This document shows, one piece after another, positions 8,261 through 16,195 of a stretch of 64,000 nt of DNA (positions are counted from its first letter, which is position 1; the number at the start of each line of letters is the position of its first letter). The stretch comes from an uncultured Eubacteriales bacterium (GTDB lineage Bacteria; Bacillota; Clostridia; Peptostreptococcales; Anaerovoracaceae): contig CAUTYX010000009.1 of assembly GCA_963542695.1 (NCBI GenBank), positions 3,124 to 67,123 on the forward strand, read 5' to 3'. Under the pieces are notes generated by a model, which was not told where the DNA came from, made no database searches, and saw only the letters and a program-made list of their open reading frames with translations. A program made the translations under genes and the position numbers.

Positions 8261-10455
8261 ATGAAAAAATGGAGTAAAGTCATAGTTTTTGTTTGATTCT
8301 TACCATGGTTTCGTGGACTCTTGGAGCCTGCGGCAACAGTAGCGGTGATAAAAAGAAAAAGAGCGACACCTATACAGCAACTGAAGTTACTTCAGAGTTG
8401 CCTGTGGGAAAAGATGTTAAGAAGTATTTAAAGAACATTGACATGGATTATGCTTATGATTTGACAGAGACCTTGGCTTATAGCAAAAAACTAATGGACT
8501 GTGATCTTGGTTGGCGTACTTCCGGATCCGATGCGGAACACAGAGCCTCAGAATATCTGGAAAAAGAAATGAAGAAAATCGGTCTTAAGAATGTGGAACG
8601 TGTTGCCACTCCTTGTGATCGCTTTCAATTTAATGGTTCCCAATTTACCATTGCCGATACGAAGATAAATTTAAAACCGGCTTCTTATCAGTGCAACGGT
8701 ACGGGAACGCAAGGCTTGTAGGCGGAAATCGTAGATGTAAACCACGGTACCGAAGCCGATTATGAAGGCAAAGATGTGCGTGGTAAAATCGTATTGGTCG
8801 GTGTGGACCAAAAAGACGAGTCCTGGATTGACGGATATATTAGAGAGGCTCACAAACATGGAGCAGCTGCTCTTGTCAGCTATTCCAGAGCCGGCTACGG
8901 TCAGGCAAACGATGATACCATTAATGTACAGGATATTTGTTGTCCCGATTTGATTCCTACTTGTGCTATTAGTAAAAATCAGGCTAAGGATGTGCAAAAG
9001 GCATTGAAAGACGGCCATAAAAAAGGCAATTTGATGTTGGATGCAGAAATGGGTGATAACCAAGGGACTACCTATAATGTAATGGGTGTTGTGCCGGGGA
9101 AAAACCACAACCAGAGAGTCATTATATCCGGTCATTATGACAAATACTGGTATGGTTTTCAGGATGACTGTGCCGCTGTTGGTTTGGTGTTTTCTGTAGC
9201 AAAAGCCATGATAAAATCCGGTTATAAACCGGAAAATGATATTGTTTTTATAGCTCATGGTGCAGAAGAGTGGGGCGTTACCGACTCTCAGTTTGACTGG
9301 ACGGTAGGCGCCTGGGGGATGATTGAAGCCAAGAAAGACTGGCAGGGATCTACCCTTGCATTAATAAACTGTGAGCTTCCGGGCTTCAAACCTACCGGCA
9401 ACAAAATCGGTATCGGAGCCGTTCCGGAATTTAGAACACTGACAGATAACTTTATTAACAAAGCCGGGTTGGTTGTAACAGAAGGCGATGTAAAAATGGA
9501 TGCCAAAGCTTTTGACTCCAGTACAATGGAAGACGGTGTAAGTTACAGATGGCATGGTGTTCCATATTATATCAATAGTTTTGAAGATGAAGAGTTTATC
9601 TACAAAAATTACCATACAAAGGAAGATAACAAGGACACTTACGACAAAAATGTAATGAAATCCAATATCAACTGGTATGGTGCATTGGCAATGTATATTG
9701 ACAAGAAGCCTGCTCTGGAACTGGATACTACCCAGGTGGCCAAAGATTTGAAGGCTAACTTTAATGAAAAATATGCAAAAGAAGCCGGTGTTGATGTAGA
9801 AAAATACAATAAGGCTATTGCCACACTCAAGGAAAAAGCGAAAAAGCACAATGAAAAGATTAAGAGTGTCAACGACAAATATGAAGAAGCCGTCAGCAAA
9901 AAAGACACTAAAAAGATCGCAAAACTAAAGAAAGAAGGGCAAAAACTCAACGCCGCTTCCTTAAAGACCTTTAAGGCGGTACAAGACAAATTCTTAAAGT
10001 GCAACGATTTCCAGATTTATTACGGTCATTCCGGTATCAATGACAACGTAAAGTATCTAAAAGGAACCATTAAGGGTCTGGAAAATAAAGATCTTTGGAA
10101 TGATGATGAAAAGTCCGGAGCTCTTGATAATGCGTGGAAAATCAACGCAGAACACGACTACGGATACTGTATCTTCAGTCGAGACATTATTGACACGGTG
10201 AACGGAAAGTACAGCCCGAAAGGGCAAATTATCAACCAGGACTACTGGGGATATCAACGTATGATTCCTGTTATTAATGTAGGAAAAACCACCCATCAGC
10301 TAAACAAACTGTCAGGTCAGGATAAACCAAAGGTTGATTGGAAAGGAGCTGCAAAGACATATAAGATGGCATTGCAGGAGTGCATCAAGCAGATTAAGAC
10401 ATATTCCAATCAAGAAATGAAGGATATGAAGATAATTGGAGACATGTTACAGTAG
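8261..10455 (+). pseudogene. PA-domain M28-family peptidase lipoprotein, disrupted by a frameshift and an in-frame TAG
   Basis: ATG 8261 (after AAGGAGGG) gives MKKWSKVIVFV then TGA. Shifting one base in the T-run at ~8286-8293 continues as LILTMVSWTLGAC, a lipobox. The frame then hits TAG at 8719-8721 and continues in the same frame as AEIVDVNHGTEADYEGKDVRGKIVLVG (PA domain) through to 10455. Confidence 0.7.
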
Positions 10456-10528
10456 CATGATTTCTAAAATGGTTTTGCAAACGTATAACATGCAAACATA
10501 CAATAGTGAAGCTGTGCAACATCATCCG

Positions 10529-10565
10529 GAAGGAGCTGCCAATAGGGCGGCTCCTTCTCTTTACA
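10529..10565 (+). terminator. Possible terminator after the peptidase pseudogene
   Basis: Stem GAAGGAGC (10529-10536) / GCTCCTTC (10550-10557) followed by TCTCTTT; the T-tract is weak. Confidence 0.35.
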
Positions 10566-10660
10566 AAGTACTCTAAAGCATTCTCTTAGAAATTTTCGTT
10601 GAAAAAGATACTGCGTAAAGAGACGATGTTGAGAAAGAGAAGCAGCAAGTGTAGTGACAG

Positions 10661-11317
10661 GTGGTTGCAAGAAAGCCTTTTTTATGTCAATATAGAATCA
10701 TGGTACTTTATGAAACAGTTGCAAAAGAAGCTTGTGTGCAGCAGGAGATAAATCGCTCTCGCTTTATTGCGCATATTTGTCCTGTGGAAAATCGTCAAGA
10801 GGCTGAAGCGTATATTGCTGCCATTCGTGAGCAATACAAAGATGCCAGCCACAATGTGCCGGCTATGGTGATTGGGGAAGGACAACAAATTCAGTGGGGC
10901 TCTGATGATGGAGAGCCACAAGGAACCAGCGGCGCACCGATTGTGCAAATGCTGACAAAACGCGGACTAACCAATGTGGTGGTTGTCGTTACTCGCTATT
11001 TTGGAGGCATCAAACTGGGAACCGGCGGACTGATTAGGGCGTATACAGGTTGTGCAGCGGCAGCAGTGGAAGAGGCCGGCATCCACAAGGTGCGCAGTCT
11101 CTATGAAATGGTAGTGGAGCTTTCCTATAGCTTGCTTCCTAAATTACAAAACATAGCAGAAAGCAGCTTTTTTCAAATTGGGAATTTGGAATACACAGAT
11201 TGCATTACATGCTCCCTTTTGTGCGAGGAAGAGAACAAAGAACGTTTAAAGAGTGTTATTTCAGACCTTTCCAGAGGGGGAGAGAAAATACTAAAAGAGA
11301 CTGTAAAAAACGCTTGA
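10661..11317 (+). CDS. YigZ/IMPACT-family protein (UPF0029)
   Basis: INRSRFIAHICPV...ASHNVPAMVIG...DDGEPQGTSGAPIVQML...VVVVTRYFGGIKLGTGGLIRAY is the YigZ signature. The start is uncertain (10661 GTG or ATG 10700). Confidence 0.85.
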   Translation: MVARKPFLCQYRIMVLYETVAKEACVQQEINRSRFIAHICPVENRQEAEAYIAAIREQYKDASHNVPAMVIGEGQQIQWGSDDGEPQGTSGAPIVQMLTKRGLTNVVVVVTRYFGGIKLGTGGLIRAYTGCAAAAVEEAGIHKVRSLYEMVVELSYSLLPKLQNIAESSFFQIGNLEYTDCITCSLLCEEENKERLKSVISDLSRGGEKILKETVKNA

Positions 11318-11342
11318 CAGTTCTGAGTAATTGCTGTATATT
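11314..11342 (+). promoter_or_regulatory. Strong sigma-A-type promoter for the tRNA array
   Basis: TTGACA (11314-11319), 17 nt spacer, TATATT (11337-11342). It overlaps the yigZ stop, ~40 nt upstream of the first tRNA. Confidence 0.6.
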
Positions 11343-11380
11343 TTATAACTGTGCCGAGGAGTTCGGACGAAACACGAAAC

Positions 11381-11456
11381 GGGCGCTTAGCTCAGCTGGG
11401 AGAGCATCTGCCTTACAAGCAGGGGGTCACAGGTTCGAGCCCTGTAGCGCCCACCA
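11381..11456 (+). tRNA. tRNA-Val (anticodon TAC)
   Basis: Cloverleaf folded by hand: acceptor GGGCGCT/AGCGCCC, anticodon loop CTTACAA, GGTTCGAGCC T-arm, encoded CCA. Confidence 0.9.
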
Positions 11457-11473
11457 CATAATACTGGTACTTT

Positions 11474-11550
11474 GGTCCGGTAGTTCAGTTGGTTAGAATG
11501 CCAGCCTGTCACGCTGGAGGTCGTCGGTTCGAACCCGATCCGGATCGCCA
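11474..11550 (+). tRNA. tRNA-Asp (GTC)
   Basis: Acceptor GGTCCGG/CCGGATC, anticodon loop CTGTCAC, T-arm GGTTCGAACC, encoded CCA. Confidence 0.9.
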
Positions 11551-11592
11551 ATTTTTCAATCATCTTGGAGCAGTGATTGATGCAAACATTAT

Positions 11593-11668
11593 GCTGGCAT
11601 AGCTCAGCTGGTAGAGCAGCTGATTTGTAATCAGCAGGTCGGGGGTTCAAGTCCCTCTGCCAGCTCCA
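11593..11668 (+). tRNA. tRNA-Thr (TGT)
   Basis: Acceptor GCTGGCA/TGCCAGC, anticodon loop TTTGTAA, T-arm GGTTCAAGTCC, encoded CCA. Confidence 0.9.
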
Positions 11669-11691
11669 ATCTGTCAACTACGGTAGAATTA

Positions 11692-11776
11692 GGAGGAGTG
11701 CCCGAGTGGCTAAAGGGGGCGGACTGTAAATCCGTTGACTAAGTCTACAGTGGTTCGAATCCACTCTCCTCCACCA
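11692..11776 (+). tRNA. tRNA-Tyr (GTA), long variable arm
   Basis: Acceptor GGAGGAG/CTCCTCC, anticodon loop CTGTAAA, 85 nt with an extra arm, encoded CCA. Confidence 0.9.
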
Positions 11777-11783
11777 ATATTAT

Positions 11784-11858
11784 GCGGAAGTGGCTCAGGG
11801 GTAGAGCATCGCCTTGCCAAGGCGAGGGTCGCGAGTTCGAATCTCGTCTTCCGCTCCA
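11784..11858 (+). tRNA. tRNA-Gly (GCC)
   Basis: Acceptor GCGGAAG/CTTCCGC, anticodon loop TTGCCAA, encoded CCA. Confidence 0.9.
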
Positions 11859-11895
11859 ATCCGGGAGCAATATGTAAGTGTTGCTCCCACTATAT

Positions 11896-11969
<74 letters not shown>

Positions 11970-12012
11970 ATAGCAAAAACATCCCGAAAGGGGAGTTCTA
12001 TAATAAATGTGT

Positions 12013-12089
12013 GGGCTCATAGCTCAGTTGGATAGAGCAACGGCCTTCTAAGCCGTGTGTCCGGGGTTCGAATCCCTGTGGGCTCACCA
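12013..12089 (+). tRNA. tRNA-Arg (TCT)
   Basis: Acceptor GGGCTCA/TGGGCTC (with G-U pairs), anticodon loop CTTCTAA, encoded CCA. Confidence 0.85.
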
Positions 12090-12139
12090 TTTTTTTAGGA
12101 ATTAATTTGGTTAAGTAGACGAACTAGAAGTCATGATTT

Positions 12140-12216
12140 TGGGGTATAGCCAAGTGGTTAAGGCAACGGACTTTGACTCCGTGATTTCGCAGGTTCGAGT
12201 CCCGCTACCCCAGCCA
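12140..12216 (+). tRNA. tRNA-Gln (TTG)
   Basis: Acceptor TGGGGTA/TACCCCA, anticodon loop CTTTGAC, encoded CCA. Confidence 0.85.
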
Positions 12217-12220
12217 TTGT

Positions 12221-12296
12221 GACCCATTAGCTCAGGTGGTAGAGCACTTGACTTTTAATCAAGGTGTCCGGAGTTCGAATCTCCGATGGGTCACCA
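12221..12296 (+). tRNA. tRNA-Lys (TTT)
   Basis: Acceptor GACCCAT/ATGGGTC, anticodon loop CTTTTAA, encoded CCA. Confidence 0.9.
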
Positions 12297-12313
12297 AATT
12301 ATTTGCAGCATCC

Positions 12314-12402
<89 letters not shown>

Positions 12403-12425
12403 AGGATCATTTTGTCGTAGCTTTT

Positions 12426-12519
12426 GGAGAAGTACTCAAGAGGCTGAAGAGGACGGTTTGCTAAACCGTTAGGGTTCGTTATTAGGGCCGCATGGGTTCG
12501 AATCCCATCTTCTCCGCCA
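12426..12519 (+). tRNA. tRNA-Ser (GCT), long variable arm
   Basis: Acceptor GGAGAAG/CTTCTCC, anticodon loop TTGCTAA, 94 nt, encoded CCA. Confidence 0.9.
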
Positions 12520-12537
12520 TATTAATAAATATACCAT

Positions 12538-12613
12538 AGGGGTATAGCTCAGTTGGTAGAGCAGTGGTCTCCAAAACCACGTGCCGAGGGTTCGAGTCCT
12601 TCTGCCCCTGCCA
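12538..12613 (+). tRNA. tRNA-Trp (CCA)
   Basis: Acceptor AGGGGTA/TGCCCCT, anticodon loop CTCCAAA, encoded CCA. Confidence 0.9.
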
Positions 12614-12620
12614 ATGTTAA

Positions 12621-12697
12621 CGGGGTGTAGCGCAGCTTGGTAGCGCAACTGGTTTGGGACCAGTGGGCCGCGGGTTCAAATCCTGCCACCCCGACCA
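12621..12697 (+). tRNA. tRNA-Pro (TGG)
   Basis: Acceptor CGGGGTG/CACCCCG, anticodon loop TTTGGGA, encoded CCA. Confidence 0.9.
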
Positions 12698-12703
12698 AAT
12701 TAT

Positions 12704-12780
12704 GGACCATTAGCTCAGTTGGTTAGAGCATCCGGCTCATAACCGGCAGGTCCGGGGTTCGAGTCCCTGATGGTCCACCA
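12704..12780 (+). tRNA. tRNA with CAT anticodon, probably lysidine-type tRNA-Ile2 rather than elongator Met
   Basis: Anticodon loop CTCATAA. The 5' half GGACCATTAGCTCAGTTGGTTAGAGC closely resembles my recollection of Bacillus tRNA-Ile(CAU). The Met versus Ile2 assignment is not proven. Confidence 0.8.
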
Positions 12781-12794
12781 ATAACACGCCGTAT

Positions 12795-12870
12795 GCCCAG
12801 ATAGCTCAGTTGGTAGAGCAGGGGACTGAAAATCCCCGTGTCCTTGGTTCAATTCCGAGTCTGGGCACCA
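12795..12870 (+). tRNA. tRNA-Phe (GAA)
   Basis: Acceptor GCCCAGA/TCTGGGC, anticodon loop CTGAAAA, encoded CCA. Confidence 0.9.
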
Positions 12871-12877
12871 TAACAAG

Positions 12878-12916
12878 CAATCTCTTGCTGACATTTGTCC
12901 AAGAGGTTGTTTTTTA
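12878..12916 (+). terminator. Terminator of the tRNA array
   Basis: Stem CAATCTCTTG (12878-12887) / CAAGAGGTTG (12900-12909, one G-U) followed by TTTTTT. Confidence 0.55.
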
Positions 12917-13002
12917 TCAGAAAGCGAGAAATTTCATTTGTGTTTACTTAGAACATTATCATTTTTGGTTTAGAATTTGTTTGGCATAATGTGCTTTTTC
13001 AG

Positions 13003-13031
13003 TTGACTTTTGGGGAAGAGACAGGTATAGT
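13003..13031 (+). promoter_or_regulatory. Sigma-A-type promoter of the infC-rpmI-rplT operon
   Basis: TTGACT (13003-13008), 17 nt spacer, TATAGT (13026-13031). Confidence 0.55.
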
Positions 13032-13037
13032 TAGAGA

Positions 13038-13190
13038 GTAATTAAAAGAAGAAGTAATCCGCTTCTCACCTTGGAGATGTAGGTCTCCGGGTTAATAGCC
13101 ATTGAAACAGTGTTATTGTAATGGGAGAGCGGGTTATCGGCCTGCTTATTTTTATGGGCAGGTACAGCAAAACTTGCCATAGCATACACA
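13038..13190 (+). promoter_or_regulatory. Structured 5' leader of infC, candidate L20-responsive leader
   Basis: The ~160-nt untranslated leader shows long-range complementarity (AATCCGCTTCTC at ~13058 with GAGAGCGGGTTA at ~13126). A hairpin CCTGC...GCAGG at 13141-13162 lies before the start. L20 leaders in this position are established in Firmicutes, but I could not run a covariance model. Confidence 0.4.
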
Positions 13191-13197
13191 AGAGGGG

Positions 13198-13731
13198 GTG
13201 CAGAAAATTAGCAAGGATAGAACCCTGATTAACGAAGACATTCGTGACAAGGAATTGCGTGTCATTGACACTGATGGATCACAGCTGGGTATCATTTCCA
13301 GAGAGGAAGCTTTACAAGCTGCCGAAGGTAAAAATCTGGATCTAGTGTGTATTTCTCCAAAGGCCAAGCCACCGGTGGCAAAAATTATGGACTACGGAAA
13401 ATACCGCTACGACAAACAGAAAAAGGAAAAGGATGCCAAAAAGAAGCAAAAGAATATGCAGGTGAAGGAAATTCGTCTGTCTACCTTTATTGAAGATCAC
13501 GACATCGAAGTAAAGGCCAAAACAGCTTCTAAATTCTTAGTCAATGGCGACAAGGTCAAAGTCAGTCTCCGCTTTCGCGGTCGGGAACGTGACTACACAC
13601 AACGCGGATTTGAGGTTATGAACCGGTTTGCAGAGATCGTTTCTGAAGTGGCAGACGTAGAGAAAAAACCGAAATTCGAGGGTCGTAGCTTGACTATGTT
13701 TGTAGCACCTAAATCTGACAAAAAGAAATAG
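13198..13731 (+). CDS. infC: Translation initiation factor IF-3
   Basis: LINEDIRDKELRVIDTDGSQLGIISREEALQAAEGKNLDLVCISPKAKPPVAKIMDYGKYRY. The true start is probably ATT 13207 (9 nt after the AGAGGGGG SD) rather than GTG 13198, which abuts the SD. Confidence 0.95.
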   Translation: MQKISKDRTLINEDIRDKELRVIDTDGSQLGIISREEALQAAEGKNLDLVCISPKAKPPVAKIMDYGKYRYDKQKKEKDAKKKQKNMQVKEIRLSTFIEDHDIEVKAKTASKFLVNGDKVKVSLRFRGRERDYTQRGFEVMNRFAEIVSEVADVEKKPKFEGRSLTMFVAPKSDKKK

Positions 13732-13762
13732 CTTGATTAAAATATTTTAGGAGGAAATATAA

Positions 13763-13963
13763 ATGGCAAAGAACAAAATGAAGTCCCATAGAGGCGCTCA
13801 GAAAAGATTCAAGACGTTGGGATCTGGTAAGCTGAAGAGAAATAAAGCATACAAAAGTCATATCTTGACAAAGAAGAGCCAAAAGAGAAAACGGGGACTG
13901 CGTAAGGCCACAGTATTGACCAGTGCAGATATGAAGAGAATTAAGAGAGCAATGGGACAGTAA
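13763..13963 (+). CDS. rpmI: 50S ribosomal protein L35
   Basis: [17 protein letters not shown]..., 66 aa and basic, sitting between infC and rplT. Confidence 0.95.
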   Translation: MAKNKMKSHRGAQKRFKTLGSGKLKRNKAYKSHILTKKSQKRKRGLRKATVLTSADMKRIKRAMGQ

Positions 13964-13975
13964 GGAGGAAGTACA

Positions 13976-14326
13976 ATGGCAAGAATTAAAAAAGGATTAA
14001 ATGCACATAAAAGACATAAAAAGATTCTGAAGCAGGCAAAAGGATTCTATGGCCTTAAGAGCAAGGTATATCGTTCTGCTAAACCGGCGGTAATGAGATC
14101 CATGCGTAGTGCGTATGTAGGAAGAAAGAACAAAAAGAGAGAATACAGAAGAATGTGGATTGCTCGTATCAATGCAGGAGCAAGAACAAACGGTATCTCC
14201 TACAGCAGACTCATTAGCGGACTGAAAAAGGCCGGAATTGAAATCAACAGAAAGATGTTAGCGGAAATGGCAATCTATGATGCTGCTGCATTTGCAAAAC
14301 TTTGTGAAACAGCAAAGAACGCCTAG
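13976..14326 (+). CDS. rplT: 50S ribosomal protein L20
   Basis: [26 protein letters not shown]...[10 protein letters not shown]. Confidence 0.95.
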   Translation: MARIKKGLNAHKRHKKILKQAKGFYGLKSKVYRSAKPAVMRSMRSAYVGRKNKKREYRRMWIARINAGARTNGISYSRLISGLKKAGIEINRKMLAEMAIYDAAAFAKLCETAKNA

Positions 14327-14410
14327 CACCGATTTTGTGTTATTGACTACCCGAAAAACAACCGAGAGGATACGAGATTTGTAGATACGTCAAAACAAAG
14401 AGGAGACTAT

Positions 14411-15514
14411 ATGAGAAAAGCGAAAATCGCAGTCGTTCTGGCAATTTGTGTAGGGACTGTTATGTTGCTTTCCGGATGTGGAAAGCCCTATAGCAGCTAC
14501 AAGCTGTCAGATTACATCAAAGTTGGAGACTACAAAGGTCTAAAGGTTGAAAAATACAAAGTTGCTGTTTCTGATGAAGAAATCAACAAAGAAATTAACA
14601 CCCGGTTAAAGGCGGCCGCCACTACACAGAGCATCAAATCCGGCAAGGTGAAAAACGGAGATACCGTTGTGATTTCCTACGAAGGAAAAATCAACGGCAA
14701 GAGTTTTTCCGGCGGATCCCAGGATGATTTCAATTTGACTATTGGATCCGGTCAGTTTATTGACGGTTTTGAAGAAGGTCTGGTAGGTGTTGCTGTCGGG
14801 AAAACAAAGAACTTGCATCTTAAATTCCCAAAAGCGTACAGCGATAAGGATGTGGCCGGCAAACCTGTTGTGTTTAAGGTAACTGTTAAATCCATCCAAA
14901 AGAAAGTTACACCAAAACTGGATGCTCAATTTGTGAAGAAGAACAGCAGTGTTACCAGTGTAGCGGCTTACAAAGCACAAATTAAAAAAGACTTGGAAAA
15001 GCAAAAGAAGAAGGATGGGCAAAACCAACAGAAAACCTACCTTTGGGATAAAATTATCGAAACATCCATGGCAAAGAAAACCAAGGATGGAAAGGACAAA
15101 TATCCTGAAAAAGAAGTAGAACGTGTCATGGAAGAAACCAAAGATATGTATGTCAACTACGCAAAGAACTACAACATGGAGTTGAAGGACTTTGTAAAGA
15201 AGCAGATGGGAACTTCCATGAAGGAGTTTAACAAACAGTTAAAGTCCTATGCGAAGACCAAGGTAAAAGAGGAAGAAGTCATTTATTCCATTGCTGAAAA
15301 AGAAAAAATTAACGTTAGCAAAGATGAATACGAATCCTATATTACCAAGACTTTGAAACAGTACGGCTATACGCCGGAATCTTTCAAGGAAACCAATGGC
15401 AAAAGCTTTGAACAGGCTCAAGGCAAAGCCAACATTTGGAAAGCTGTATACTTGGAAAAGGTACAGACCTTGATTCTGGATAAGGCAAAGGTTGTTGACA
15501 AGATTTCAAAGTAG
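14411..15514 (+). CDS. Lipoprotein with trigger-factor-like FKBP PPIase and C-terminal chaperone domains
   Basis: Signal peptide with lipobox (VMLLSGC). FKBP-type core GDTVVISYEGKINGKSFSGGSQDDFNLTIGSGQFIDGFEEGLVG...VFKVTVKSI. The Lys/Glu-rich helical tail is like the Tig C-domain. There is no ribosome-binding N-domain. Confidence 0.8.
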   Translation: MRKAKIAVVLAICVGTVMLLSGCGKPYSSYKLSDYIKVGDYKGLKVEKYKVAVSDEEINKEINTRLKAAATTQSIKSGKVKNGDTVVISYEGKINGKSFSGGSQDDFNLTIGSGQFIDGFEEGLVGVAVGKTKNLHLKFPKAYSDKDVAGKPVVFKVTVKSIQKKVTPKLDAQFVKKNSSVTSVAAYKAQIKKDLEKQKKKDGQNQQKTYLWDKIIETSMAKKTKDGKDKYPEKEVERVMEETKDMYVNYAKNYNMELKDFVKKQMGTSMKEFNKQLKSYAKTKVKEEEVIYSIAEKEKINVSKDEYESYITKTLKQYGYTPESFKETNGKSFEQAQGKANIWKAVYLEKVQTLILDKAKVVDKISK

Positions 15515-15540
15515 CATACGAACAATACAAAGAGCAAAAA

Positions 15541-15573
15541 GTCGTTTCAGTTTAGGCTGTGACGGCTTTTTTT
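15541..15573 (+). terminator. Rho-independent terminator after the PPIase lipoprotein gene
   Basis: Stem GTCGTTTCAG (15541-15550) / CTGTGACGGC (15557-15566), 9 of 10 pairs including G-U, then TTTTTTT. Confidence 0.6.
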
Positions 15574-15671
15574 CAGTTGAAGTCCTAGCCCGTATCTAAG
15601 ATACGGCAAGCAGGTCTCATACAGAAAGTGCAGCAGCTACGCTGCGTGGCACTTTTTCAGTTTGAGGAAAA

Positions 15672-15717
15672 ACACAATATGTAGTAAAATATACTGGATA
15701 GATTGTAAAACTAGTGT
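15672..15717 (+). promoter_or_regulatory. Candidate tandem NrdR boxes upstream of nrdR
   Basis: ACACAATATGTAGTAA (15672-15687) matches 12 of 16 positions of the NrdR-box palindrome acaCwAtATaTwGtgt. A weaker second box ATTGTAAAACTAGTGT (15702-15717) has its centre 30 bp away. Confidence 0.35.
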
Positions 15718-15732
15718 CTTGGAGGTAACAGG

Positions 15733-16191
15733 ATGAGATGCCCCTATTGCGAAAATGATGGAACCAAGGTAATCGATTCCAGACATACAGAAGATGGCCA
15801 TGCTATTCGCCGTCGTCGGGAATGCGAGCGTTGCGGCAAGCGATTTACCACTTACGAAAAAATAGAAGAAATGGTTATGATGGTGGTAAAAAAGGATGGC
15901 AGCAGACAAGCCTTTGACCGTAACAAAATTATGAATGGGATTGTCAAAGCTTGTGAAAAACGACCGGTATCGGTGGCACAAATGGAACATATCGTCGATG
16001 AAATCGAACGCGGCCTCAACAACATGATGGAAAAAGAAATCAAAAGTTCCTTTATTGGGGAATTGATTATGGATCGTCTAAAGAAGCTGGATGAGGTGGC
16101 GTACGTGCGATTTGCTTCTGTTTATAGGCAGTTTACCGATATCCAGACCTTTATGAAGGAAATAGAAAAGCTGGCAGGCAGCGGAAAGTGA
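15733..16191 (+). CDS. nrdR: Transcriptional repressor NrdR
   Basis: Zn-ribbon MRCPYCENDGTKVIDSR...RRRECERCGKRFTTYE plus an ATP-cone. Confidence 0.95.
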   Translation: MRCPYCENDGTKVIDSRHTEDGHAIRRRRECERCGKRFTTYEKIEEMVMMVVKKDGSRQAFDRNKIMNGIVKACEKRPVSVAQMEHIVDEIERGLNNMMEKEIKSSFIGELIMDRLKKLDEVAYVRFASVYRQFTDIQTFMKEIEKLAGSGK

Positions 16192-16195
16192 GTAG

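Noticed and set aside
8719-8721. In-frame TAG in the M28 peptidase as pyrrolysine or programmed read-through.
   Set aside because: No pyl genes or PYLIS-like context are visible. TAG is used as a normal stop by several genes in the window (infC, hslU, the peptidase itself). The same gene also carries a frameshift, so decay or sequencing error is more parsimonious.
10464-10670. 68-aa minus-strand ORF in the peptidase-yigZ spacer.
   Set aside because: There is no RBS, it overlaps a terminator hairpin, and its composition is not protein-like.
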